Assembly: GCA_036640095.1 (NCBI GenBank)
Contig: JAVWHL010000001.1
Location: forward strand, 4,504-68,503
Direction: 5' to 3'
DNA length: 64,000 nt
Origin: Erysipelotrichales bacterium
Lineage (GTDB): Bacteria > Bacillota_I > Bacilli_A > JAJDGJ01
The position numbers and the translations under genes are program-made. Positions 9,345 through 19,050 of this stretch are shown here, piece by piece (positions within the stretch are counted from its first letter, which is position 1; the number at the start of each line of letters is the position of its first letter). The notes beneath the pieces were generated by a model. The model worked only from the letters and a program-made list of their open reading frames with translations, was not told the origin of the DNA and ran no database searches.

Positions 9345-10589
9345 TTATAGATTTAAAGTGTCTACCACAAATTTCCTTACTTGACTTATAAAATAAAGTG
9401 ACCCAGTTATTACAAACATATCATTTTTATCCATACTATTAACCTTATTTTTTATATACTCTTGATAATCTAATGCAATTTCATAGTTAAAATTCTTATT
9501 GATATCCTCAGCTTTCTTAGTACGATAAAAATCAAATTCACTAATAATCATTTCATCTGCACTACTAGCAAGCATTGAAACCATTTCATCTGTTTGTTTA
9601 TCTTCTAAAGCAGCAAACATTATACTTTTATGGTAATCTTTAAATTTATCGATACTCTTACATAATTGTTGAACTCCTTCTACATTATGGGCTCCATCAA
9701 TAATAATAAGAGGATCAAAACTTAATAGTTCAAAGCGACCAAGCCATGATTTAGTTTTTAAAATATCATAGATTGTACTTTCCTTAACTTCTATTCCATA
9801 ATAATCATTTAAGATATCTAATGCATCTAAAACTAAAGAAACATTCATAATTTGATAATCAGCTAGTGCTTTTAATTGAATATCTTTATATTGTTTATAA
9901 TCAAATATAATGGGAAGATGTGATTTTATACTTGGTTCTCCTACTTCAAAGACCATGGCATTCTTATCTAGAGCCACACTCTTAATAACTTCCTTAATTT
10001 TAGTATCTTTTTCACCAATTAATACTAGTGAATTTTCTTTTATTATACCTGCCTTTGTTAGAGCAATATCCTTTTTAGTATCCCCTAGATATTTAGTATG
10101 ATCTAATCCAACATTAGTTATAATACTAAGTAATGGATCAATGATATTAGTTCCATCATATTCACCACCCATACCAACTTCCATAATCGCTATATCAACT
10201 TTATTTTTAATGAAATAATCTAATGCCATAACAACATCTATTTCAAACATAGTCAACTTAGTTTCTTCAATTAAATCATAGTATTCGTTAATAAAATCAA
10301 CAATATTCTTATCACTAATAAATTCTCCATTTATTCTAATACGATCATTATGAGATATAATGCTAGGACTAGAGAACATACCAACTTTATAATCAGATGC
10401 ACTTAAGCATTCACTTATATAAAAAGCAGTACTTCCTTTTCCATTTGTTCCACCAATATGAATATACTTTAAGCTTTCATAATCTATTTCTGCTTTTTCT
10501 AAAAAAACATTTACTCTAATAAGTCCTAATTCAAAATTAGTTCTTGTTTCAATATATGCTAGTACTTCTCTTAAATCATTAAATTTCAT
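9345..10589 (-). CDS. folC: Folylpolyglutamate synthase / dihydrofolate synthase
   Basis: HIGGTNGKGST P-loop and Mur-ligase-like middle and C-terminal domains. I moved the start to the ATG at 10589, which overlaps the ung stop (ATGA). Confidence 0.85.
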   Translation of the reverse strand: MKFNDLREVLAYIETRTNFELGLIRVNVFLEKAEIDYESLKYIHIGGTNGKGSTAFYISECLSASDYKVGMFSSPSIISHNDRIRINGEFISDKNIVDFINEYYDLIEETKLTMFEIDVVMALDYFIKNKVDIAIMEVGMGGEYDGTNIIDPLLSIITNVGLDHTKYLGDTKKDIALTKAGIIKENSLVLIGEKDTKIKEVIKSVALDKNAMVFEVGEPSIKSHLPIIFDYKQYKDIQLKALADYQIMNVSLVLDALDILNDYYGIEVKESTIYDILKTKSWLGRFELLSFDPLIIIDGAHNVEGVQQLCKSIDKFKDYHKSIMFAALEDKQTDEMVSMLASSADEMIISEFDFYRTKKAEDINKNFNYEIALDYQEYIKNKVNSMDKNDMFVITGSLYFISQVRKFVVDTLNL

Positions 10590-11269
10590 TGTGTTCTCCA
10601 ATCTATTTCTTCTAATCCTTTTTTTCTTAATAAAGCATTTACTTTATTAAAATAATCATGTCCAAAAAATAAACGTGCTGATAATGGTGAGGGATGTGCC
10701 CCCTTAATAATTTGTGCATTAACTAAATACTTTTCATAGCTTTTTGCATCATTCCCCCATAAAATAAATATTACCTCTTTATTAGAATCTATATATTTTA
10801 TTAAATCAATCACAAATTCTTGCCATCCTATTTTAGAGTGTGATTTAGCTTCACCCTGTTCAACACTTAATACTGTATTTAGTAATAAGATTCCTTGTAT
10901 TGCCCATCCTTCTAAATTAGGAGAACTATTTTTAATACCAGTTGTTGCTTCTATTTCCTTAAAAACATTACGTAAACTAGGTGGAACCTTTTCTTGTTTT
11001 GAGCTAAAAGCTAGTCCATCAGCAACCCCAGGTGTATGATATGGATCTTGTCCAATAATCACCACTTTAGTATTACTTAAGCTTGTTAAATTAAGAGCTC
11101 TAAGTAAATCATTACTTTTTGGAAATATTTCCTTCTTCTTATATTCAATTTCTAATCTCTTTATTAATTGTAATATTTCTTCTTTTTCAAGTTCTTTATC
11201 AATAAAAGGTAGCCAATCATCTGCAACATTTTTAAAGGCATCTTTTATTTCTAAATTATTATCTTTCAT
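10586..11269 (-). CDS. ung: Uracil-DNA glycosylase
   Basis: GQDPYH, GVLLLN-type (GILLLNT) and HPSPLS motifs. Confidence 0.95.
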   Translation of the reverse strand: MKDNNLEIKDAFKNVADDWLPFIDKELEKEEILQLIKRLEIEYKKKEIFPKSNDLLRALNLTSLSNTKVVIIGQDPYHTPGVADGLAFSSKQEKVPPSLRNVFKEIEATTGIKNSSPNLEGWAIQGILLLNTVLSVEQGEAKSHSKIGWQEFVIDLIKYIDSNKEVIFILWGNDAKSYEKYLVNAQIIKGAHPSPLSARLFFGHDYFNKVNALLRKKGLEEIDWRTQ

Positions 11270-11397
11270 TTACTCACATCCTATAGTATAAATCTACTTA
11301 ACCATTATACCCTTTTACTATAAATATTACTAACAAATAAAACTTGCCTTAGCTTATTATAATTGTATAATATAGACAAAGAGAGGATGTGTATTGT

Positions 11398-11898
11398 ATG
11401 TTTGAAACTAAAAGATTAAAAGTATTAAAAGCTAGTCCAGAAGATATTGAAAAAATAAGAGATATAGAAAAAATTCCAGAATATTCTTTATTTATTTTCT
11501 TAGAATCATATGAGGAACATCTTGCCCAAATAAATGATCCTAACATTGAATTATGCACTATCATTGAAAAAGAAACTAACGAGTTAATAGGATTCTATCT
11601 ATCTTGCTTATACCCTAATGATTTAACTTATGAACTAAGAAGAATTGCGATTACTAAACCAAGAAAAGGATATGCTACTGAAATATTTGAAGGATTATTT
11701 GATTATACATTTAATACTTTGAACTATAATAGATTTTGGTTAGATGTCTTTAGCGATAATACTAAAGGTATTGCTTTATATGAAAGTTTAGGAATGTATC
11801 GCGAAGGTATCCTAAGAGAGAATCATAGAATGCCACGTGGTTTAATGGATCAAATTATTTATTCAACATTAAAATCAGAATATGAACAAAGAAAATGA
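11398..11898 (+). CDS. GNAT-family N-acetyltransferase
   Basis: RimJ/RimL-like layout (ETKRL.L...). I moved the start to the ATG at 11398, 10 nt after GAGAGGA. Confidence 0.7.
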   Translation: MFETKRLKVLKASPEDIEKIRDIEKIPEYSLFIFLESYEEHLAQINDPNIELCTIIEKETNELIGFYLSCLYPNDLTYELRRIAITKPRKGYATEIFEGLFDYTFNTLNYNRFWLDVFSDNTKGIALYESLGMYREGILRENHRMPRGLMDQIIYSTLKSEYEQRK

Positions 11899-11919
11899 GC
11901 TAAATAAGCTCATTTTTTT
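11895..11919 (+). terminator. Intrinsic terminator between the convergent GNAT and GDPD genes
   Basis: ATGAGCT-AAATA-AGCTCAT followed by T7. Confidence 0.65.
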
Positions 11920-13696
11920 AGTCTGGCATAACAGAAATATAATAAATAATACGATCTGCATACTTAGGATTTTTATGGAAGGTCTCAAGTTCGTCTTGCA
12001 ACATTGAAACTTCATCACTAATAATACCATCTACATTCATAAACATAACTTTATCCATGGCATTAGATGTATTAACAGTCCATGCATATACTTCTTTTCC
12101 AAGTAATAGTGATTTAATTACAAAGCTATCATTTAAAGTAGTCTCTTCCATTGTATACATATCAGCATTAGTATTTGGATATACTAAGTTATAAGGCATA
12201 ATATAAGAAACTGGAATGCGGGGTTCTAGTTTTTTTACTTTTGTGATTACATCAAAATCTAATGATTGTATTTGATGCTTGTTACTAATTAAATTATCTT
12301 TGTACTGTTTAATAAAATTATCCATAAATTTATCTGAATCACGTTTTGTTGTTTTAATTTCAATCAATAATTTTTGGTTTAGGTTGTTTGCTGTTTTTAA
12401 ATAATCATCAAAACTTGCTAGAGGAGCTTCCATATCATTTTCACTAACTTTCATTTTCTTTAATTGTGCTAATGTATAGTCTTGAGGTGTTCCACTAACT
12501 CCTGCTAGATTATCTAAATGATTATCATGCATCATAACAAACTGATTATCTTTTGTTTCTTGTACATCTATCTCAATATAATCTGGTTTTAATTTAGATG
12601 TTTTTATTAGTGATGGAATTGTATTTTGTACTCCATTTGGATTACTCAAACTATCAACACCTCTATGAGATATAACTTTGGGATTAGAATCTAGTAAACC
12701 ATTTAAAAATAAGATATTAAACAAAAATAAAGAGAATGCCATGACTCCTAATACTAAAATATTAAATTTATGAAGTAATGGTCTTGCTTTATACTCCATG
12801 AAATATTCCTCACTATCAAATTCTTCAACTATTCCTGCCTCTTTAATCAAGAAACTTAATAAAAGCAATGCAGTCCATGCTCCTCCAATAAATATAATAA
12901 CTTGAACTAGTGACAAATTAATAATACCACCAATAAGAGGAATAGGGTTTCCCATTCCATCAAGTCCTAGTTGAATAAAATAGAAGATAAATAATAATAA
13001 ATACTTAACTCCAAAACAAACTATAGCTAAGAATAAAATTCTAATAAAATAATGAATAAATTTTTTATCAGTCATTGTCAAACTTTTTCTACGAGCTTCT
13101 TTTAAAGGCATTTCCTTTAGTATTACAAGTGGTAATATGAATTGTAGTCGAATAGCTATATAACTTAGTAACCAAGCCCCTACAAGTAATAAAACTGCAT
13201 ATATTACATTTTCACCAAGAAAGTCCATTATAAAAGTTGGGACTACTACCTTATCTAGCAATCTTGAACTAAATACTTCCTGACTAAAAGGAAGTATTTA
13301 AATAAAATAAAAGATAAAGAAAGGAAATGATTTTAAAGCATGATATCTTAAACTTAAAAAAGCTTCTTTAAATACAAACCACATATTAAATTGTCTTTGA
13401 TAAATTCTTTTGATTCCAATTAATAAATAAGCAAATTGAAAATAAATAGCATATATCAATAACAACAATAATATTATCAAGGATATTAAAACAACTGGCT
13501 TTTCTATTAATACTTCAAGATTAGTATACGAAAGAAATGGTACTCCTTGTTTTAAAAGAACAGTTGAAATCACTATATCAAAAAAAGTAACAACAATTGA
13601 AAGCATTACATTAATACTAAAGAATAATATTAAATAACTAGTCCATTGTGAAAGAAACTCTTTGGTACTATATTTAAGATATTTAATCATTGTCAT
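11918..13696 (-). pseudogene. Membrane-anchored glycerophosphodiester phosphodiesterase interrupted by one in-frame TAA (132-aa and 447-aa pieces)
   Basis: - ORFs 13298..13696 and 11918..13261 are in the same frame.
- They are separated only by a TAA (13298..13300) plus 12 sense codons (ILPFSQEVFSSR).
- Both pieces are multi-TM.
- The C-terminal part has GDPD motifs (ISHRGV, IEIDVQETKD, MHD). Confidence 0.75.
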
Positions 13697-13776
13697 AACT
13701 TTTTCTCCTTTATAATATTTAACTTTAAGTATATTTACTAAATTTTATCATAATTTATTATGAGAGTAAATTTAAT

Positions 13777-13801
13777 CAAAAAACGAACCATTTAAAGGTT
13801 C
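13777..13801 (-). terminator. Weak intrinsic terminator after the EcsC-like gene
   Basis: Minus strand reads GAACC-TTTAAAT-GGTTC followed by GTTTTTTG. Confidence 0.45.
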
Positions 13802-13827
13802 ATTTCTATTATTTATTTAAACGATAA

Positions 13828-14823
13828 TTATTTACTCATTATTTTTTCTTTTAACTGTTTAAATTCTTCTTCATCTATGATACCTGAATCTAATAACTTG
13901 TGAGCTCTCTCAATTTCATCAAATAAGTTAGATTTGTTATTGTCTTTTTTAGGTATTTTTTTAATTAGTTTATCTTTAATTGATTCATTATCTTTCGATT
14001 CTATATTCTCTTCTGCATCAACATTCTCAATAATAATAATGTCCTTTTCATAATCCTCTTCATTGTATTCTAAACCTTTACCTAATTCATCTTTAAGTTT
14101 ATTGGCCATCGGCTTCATTGAAGCATAATTCAATCCCCCAGAAACAACACCGCCTACAACTGGAATTACTTTTGATACACCTTTCGAAAATGTTGTCTTA
14201 GTTAATTTTGTCCCAAATAGACCAAGAACTTTTTTAAGTACTGGATAGTAAAATGTTTTCGTTAATGCTTTTTGAGGGATTTTCTTCATAGCCTGTACAG
14301 ATAACTTGCTAGACATGACTCTTATCATTGAACCAGCCGAAGAAACCCCTAACATTATTCCCAAATATAGTAATAAGGTGTTTTTAGCTTGATCATCCAA
14401 TTCATCCTGATTATTCCAAATATCTTCATGACCATAAATATATGATATTTCTTGAGCAAGTTTAATTGAATAGGCATAAAACTGTGCAATATCTGCTGGT
14501 ATAGTAGCTGCCATTGCAAGCCCACCTGGAACACCAGTAGCGAAAGAAACAGCACTTGATTGATTAACTACCGCATTAATTCTATTTTGCGCAGTTTTAT
14601 CTAAGTCCTCTTTTGTAAAAAAATTGACTGGACCTTTCAAAACTAATTCATCAAGATTTTCTACATTTTTACCAAATACTTTTACTAAAAATTCATTTCT
14701 ATTCACTTTCACTAATGGTAATTTTAATGACTCATTTAACACTTTTAAAGCTAAGCTTTCCTCTTCAGCTAAGTTACCTATTAAAACTTCATTTTGTTGT
14801 ACATCTTCATTGTTTATATCCAT
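13828..14823 (-). CDS. EcsC-family protein with a C-terminal SHOCT-like tail
   Basis: The core GVPGGLAMAATIPADIAQFYAYSIKLAQEISYIYG resembles the EcsC family. The last ~30 aa (LFDEIERAHKLLDSGIIDEEEFKQLKEKIM) look like a SHOCT domain. Confidence 0.6.
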   Translation of the reverse strand: MDINNEDVQQNEVLIGNLAEEESLALKVLNESLKLPLVKVNRNEFLVKVFGKNVENLDELVLKGPVNFFTKEDLDKTAQNRINAVVNQSSAVSFATGVPGGLAMAATIPADIAQFYAYSIKLAQEISYIYGHEDIWNNQDELDDQAKNTLLLYLGIMLGVSSAGSMIRVMSSKLSVQAMKKIPQKALTKTFYYPVLKKVLGLFGTKLTKTTFSKGVSKVIPVVGGVVSGGLNYASMKPMANKLKDELGKGLEYNEEDYEKDIIIIENVDAEENIESKDNESIKDKLIKKIPKKDNNKSNLFDEIERAHKLLDSGIIDEEEFKQLKEKIMSK

Positions 14824-14916
14824 ATTTTTCTCCTATCAACAATATATAATCTAATTTTACAAATATATAAGTATAATATCAATAACTTTCTTTAAAAATG
14901 GTTTGAAGTTTATTTT

Positions 14917-15939
14917 TTACGATATTATTTTACATATATTTTCTAAATCTATTAAATCTATATCGCTTTGAGCAAGTCCAATTAAAGTTTTAAATTCCAC
15001 ATTTTTATTAAGAGAATTACACAATGAATTTTTATCAACATCTTCTATATCAATATCAAATAATAGATTTCCTAAGTAAATATATAACTCTTCTTTCTTC
15101 TCTTCTATAGAAATGTTATTTACCTTTGATGGTTCTACAAAGTCAGCTCTTACTATTTTCGGTTGTAAATCTTTAATTGGTTCAATTAATAACTTTGTTG
15201 CTGAATCCATTATCTCCAAATAAGTCATTAATTGAAGTTTTTGTCTTTCTGACAATTCACAATATTGATTTTCATAACCTTCTAGTTCTTTTTTAGCATC
15301 TTCTAATATTATATTTTCACTATCAATTCTTATTATTCTTTCACTTAGTTCAACAATAGATAATTTAAATGATTCAATATTTCTATCAACAATTGATGTA
15401 AATACGTTCTCTACTCCTTTTTTATCTTTAATACCTTTAAAGATAGTTGAACTACTTTCTAAAATAAAAGTCGCTAGTGTTGACCAACCTACTGGACCAG
15501 TTAAAAGTAGTAATAAATCTCCGATTGACATTTCAATTTCATCAGCTTTAATATTATCTGTTTCTAACCATTCTATTGTGGCTCTATTAGTTGCTACACC
15601 AAAGACTGTAGCTGCACCTAAGGCAGTTGTTGATTCAAAAGAAACATAAGCTAGATCAGATTTTGAACTTGATGCTTTCTTTTCTATTTCTTCAAATTCA
15701 TCTTCAATTATTTGTGCTTGTTGAATCCACTTTATTCTTTTATTTCTTAAGATATCTAACTTTGTATTTATATCACTTGGAAAGTCATCTATCTTATCTA
15801 GTACTAATTGCAGGCTAATAAGGTTTTCAGCTAAATCTCCTGCTTTTTGTCCAAGTATTTCTATTTTTTCATTTGTTAGCTTAGCCATTTCTTTTACTTT
15901 AACTTTTCTTACTTCAAATATATTTTCTTTCTTTAACAT
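14917..15939 (-). CDS. Hypothetical protein (coiled-coil flanks, central hydrophobic segment)
   Basis: Uninterrupted 340-aa ORF with the codon bias of its neighbours. I recognise no family. Confidence 0.6.
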   Translation of the reverse strand: MLKKENIFEVRKVKVKEMAKLTNEKIEILGQKAGDLAENLISLQLVLDKIDDFPSDINTKLDILRNKRIKWIQQAQIIEDEFEEIEKKASSSKSDLAYVSFESTTALGAATVFGVATNRATIEWLETDNIKADEIEMSIGDLLLLLTGPVGWSTLATFILESSSTIFKGIKDKKGVENVFTSIVDRNIESFKLSIVELSERIIRIDSENIILEDAKKELEGYENQYCELSERQKLQLMTYLEIMDSATKLLIEPIKDLQPKIVRADFVEPSKVNNISIEEKKEELYIYLGNLLFDIDIEDVDKNSLCNSLNKNVEFKTLIGLAQSDIDLIDLENICKIIS

Positions 15940-16071
15940 AATTTCACCTTTAAAGAACCTTTCTTACTTATATTTTAATAATTGCTTTTATTTAAATCAT
16001 AGACCGTAAATTACTTATTGTAAATATTATAACAAACAAACGTTTTTATATACAATTAGTAATATAATATA

Positions 16072-16104
16072 AGTAAATAAAACCATATCACTTATGATAT
16101 GGTT
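16072..16104 (-). terminator. Intrinsic terminator after rlmH
   Basis: Minus strand reads AACCATATCA-TAAG-TGATATGGTT followed by TTATTT. The stem includes the stop codon. Confidence 0.65.
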
Positions 16105-16567
16105 CATTATTCATTATCTTATACCCACGATATATTTGTTCTAAAAGTAATAGTCTTATCATTTGATGAGTAAAAACTAAACTAGAGAAAGACCATTTAA
16201 AATTAGCTCTTTCAAGTACAGCTTTGCTTATTCCATGAGATCCACCTATTACAAAGACAAAAGATGAGTACCCATTAAGCATAGCTTTTTCAACAACTCT
16301 TACATATTCATGGTTGTTGATGTTTTTTCCTGCTACATCTAATGCGATTACAAAGTCTTGTTTTTTTATATGAGATAAAAGTTTTTCACCTTCATCATTA
16401 ACTACATTTTCTATGTCTGCTTCACTTGGGTTATCATTTATTCTAGTTTCTACAACTTCTTCAATACTTAGTTTGCAGTATGGTTTTAATCTTTTAATAA
16501 ATTCTTCAATACCATCAACTAGATATTTTTCTTTTATTCTTCCTACACATACTATATTTACCTTCAT
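16088..16567 (-). CDS. rlmH: 23S rRNA (pseudouridine1915-N3)-methyltransferase
   Basis: 159 aa. SPOUT RlmH pattern (I..VGK.K, IGG..G, S.S..T..H...R..L.EQ.YR). Confidence 0.9.
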   Translation of the reverse strand: MKVNIVCVGRIKEKYLVDGIEEFIKRLKPYCKLSIEEVVETRINDNPSEADIENVVNDEGEKLLSHIKKQDFVIALDVAGKNINNHEYVRVVEKAMLNGYSSFVFVIGGSHGISKAVLERANFKWSFSSLVFTHQMIRLLLLEQIYRGYKIMNNEPYHK

Positions 16568-17278
16568 TTAAATATTGCCACCTTCTGTTATTTTTCTAAA
16601 TCCAGTATATTTTATATCGAATGTTATATCTTTTTCATAATCATTAAATACTTTTTCAATTACTTCTTGTATACATCTTACATCATTAGCTTGATCACTA
16701 ATATGTGCTACGTAAAGTTCTTTTAAGTTATCACATGTATTAACTAATACTAAAGCAGCATCTACATTATTTAAATGGCCTTTATCTGATAAGATACGGC
16801 GTTTAACATATGGTGGTCGATTAGTATTATTAAGCATTGATACATCGTGATTAAATTCTAAATATAAATAATCAGACTCACTTATAATTGGTAGATATTC
16901 TGATTTAACATAACCAGTATCACTTATTAATGTGAATTTTTGATTATTATATTCAATTTGAAAGCCTAGACACTCTTCATCATGGCTTAATGGGAATGGT
17001 AGTACATTTACATCATTGAATGTTGTAACTTCTTTATATGCAAGGTTTTCAAAGCTATATGATGGTGTCCCATTAAAACACTTAGAAGCAGCACAATGAT
17101 CTGTATGAAAATGTGTATATAATACAATATCAATATCTTCTACACTTAAATCTAAACTAGCAAGTGATTCTTTTATATATTTCATAGTTCCACCAGCATC
17201 AATAACAATATTAAAATCACCACATCTTACTAGTGTTACATTTGCTTTAGAGCCACTACTTAAATTGTATATTTTCAT
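16568..17278 (-). CDS. MBL-fold metallo-hydrolase (YycJ/WalJ-like)
   Basis: HFHTDH metal motif. It lies between the replicative helicase and rlmH. Confidence 0.8.
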   Translation of the reverse strand: MKIYNLSSGSKANVTLVRCGDFNIVIDAGGTMKYIKESLASLDLSVEDIDIVLYTHFHTDHCAASKCFNGTPSYSFENLAYKEVTTFNDVNVLPFPLSHDEECLGFQIEYNNQKFTLISDTGYVKSEYLPIISESDYLYLEFNHDVSMLNNTNRPPYVKRRILSDKGHLNNVDAALVLVNTCDNLKELYVAHISDQANDVRCIQEVIEKVFNDYEKDITFDIKYTGFRKITEGGNI

Positions 17279-18606
17279 TATTCAAAATCCCTATGTTCAA
17301 TATTATTGAATTTACTGATTTCTTTTTCGAATGATAATTTAATAGTACCAGTTGCACCATTACGATGTTTACCAAAGATAAGTTCAACTAATCCTGTTTG
17401 ATCACTTTCTTCATTTTCATAATAATCTTCACGATATAAGAAAGTAACAATATCGGCATCTTGCTCGATTGCTCCAGACTCACGTAAATCTGACATCATT
17501 GGTCTTTTATCATTTCTTTGTTCAACACTACGAGATAATTGTGAAAGTGCAATAACAGGTACTTTTAATTCACGCGCTAATCCTTTAAGTGATCTTGATA
17601 TTTCAGATACAGCAACTTGTCTACTCTCATTTGAGCGATCACTACCTTGAATTAATTGAAGATAATCTATTACGATAAGACCTAGACCTTGTTCACGTTC
17701 TAATTTACGGCATTTAGAAGCAATTTCCATTACTTTAATACTTGGTGTATCATCAATATAAATTGGATCATTAGAAAGGATAGTTGAAGCACGCGAGTAT
17801 TTTAACCAGTCTTCTTCACTTAACTGTCCATTTCTAAGTTTGCTTGATTCTATTCTACCAGTAGCACTTATCATCCTTTTTATTAGTTGGTCTGCACCCA
17901 TCTCTAAAGAGAATACAGCAACAGGTTTTTGTGAAAGGTGAGCAGCATTTTGTGCTAAGTTTAAAGCAAATGCTGTCTTACCAACTGCAGGACGTGCTGC
18001 TAAGATTATTAAATCCCCTTTTTGTAATCCATTTGTTAAGTGGTCTAATTCTTCAAAACCTGTTGGCACACCAGTTAATCCATCTTTTCTATTTTGTAGT
18101 TCTACTAAGTTTTCATGTACTTCTTTTAAAACGTCCTTAGACATTTTAAAGTCTTCAGTTCTTCTATTTCTAGTTACTTCTAATATTTCTTTTTCTGCAT
18201 CTTGTATTAAATCAGCAATTGATTCAACGCCTTCATATCCTTTAGAAGCAATTTTTTCACTAACATTTATTAATCTTCGTGCTAATGCATTTTCTTGAAC
18301 GATGTTTAAATAATAAGATATACTTGCACTACTAAAAACTGATTGACTTATATTAGTTAAGTATTCTACTCCACCAGCTAGTTCTAATTTGTTTTCTTCA
18401 ACTAGATAAGCTGTAAGACTAGAGATATCAACTTGCATTCTATTATCGATTAGATTTTCAATAGCTTCAAATGTAATGCGATGTTGTTCAACATAGAAAT
18501 CATTCATACTTAAAATAGTAAGTGCTTCATCAATAGCATTCTTACTTAGTATCATAGCTCCTATTACACTTTGTTCTGCTTCAACATTATGTGGTAATGT
18601 TCTCAT
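17278..18606 (-). CDS. dnaB: Replicative DNA helicase (DnaB family; DnaC in B. subtilis naming)
   Basis: PHN.EAE.SV.G N-terminus, Walker A ARPAVGKT, and LSQLSR and RESG.IEQDAD motifs. Confidence 0.95.
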   Translation of the reverse strand: MRTLPHNVEAEQSVIGAMILSKNAIDEALTILSMNDFYVEQHRITFEAIENLIDNRMQVDISSLTAYLVEENKLELAGGVEYLTNISQSVFSSASISYYLNIVQENALARRLINVSEKIASKGYEGVESIADLIQDAEKEILEVTRNRRTEDFKMSKDVLKEVHENLVELQNRKDGLTGVPTGFEELDHLTNGLQKGDLIILAARPAVGKTAFALNLAQNAAHLSQKPVAVFSLEMGADQLIKRMISATGRIESSKLRNGQLSEEDWLKYSRASTILSNDPIYIDDTPSIKVMEIASKCRKLEREQGLGLIVIDYLQLIQGSDRSNESRQVAVSEISRSLKGLARELKVPVIALSQLSRSVEQRNDKRPMMSDLRESGAIEQDADIVTFLYREDYYENEESDQTGLVELIFGKHRNGATGTIKLSFEKEISKFNNIEHRDFE

Positions 18607-19049
18607 TATTGTTCTTTTACTACAACTTTAATAGTTGCAATAACTCCTTTGAATAATTCTATATCAATATTAGTAGTTCCTAAAGCAGAGATACTTTCTT
18701 TAGTTTTAACCATTTTCTTATCAATTTTAATATCGAAATCAGCTAAGATTTTATCGATAATTTGTTTTTGTGAAATACTTTTAAAGACTTTCCCACCTGC
18801 ACCTACTTTTAAAGTAAATGTTAATGGTTTTCTTTCAAGTGTTGCTTTATTTTTAATTGCTTCTTCTTTTTTAATTTCATTTTCTTTGGCTTTAGCTTCT
18901 TTTTGTTTATCTAAAACTTTAACGCCACCTTTAGATGCTTCAATAGCTTTCTTTTCTCTTATTAAATGCATTCCAAATCCACCATTTACTTCAATGATTT
19001 CATCTTTTTTCCCTCTACCTTTTACATCTTCTAATAATATAACTTTCAT
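18606..19049 (-). CDS. rplI: 50S ribosomal protein L9
   Basis: MKVILLEDVKGRGKKDEIIEV.. N-terminus. I trimmed the start to the ATG at 19049 after GGAGGATGA. Confidence 0.9.
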   Translation of the reverse strand: MKVILLEDVKGRGKKDEIIEVNGGFGMHLIREKKAIEASKGGVKVLDKQKEAKAKENEIKKEEAIKNKATLERKPLTFTLKVGAGGKVFKSISQKQIIDKILADFDIKIDKKMVKTKESISALGTTNIDIELFKGVIATIKVVVKEQ

Positions 19050-19050
19050 C

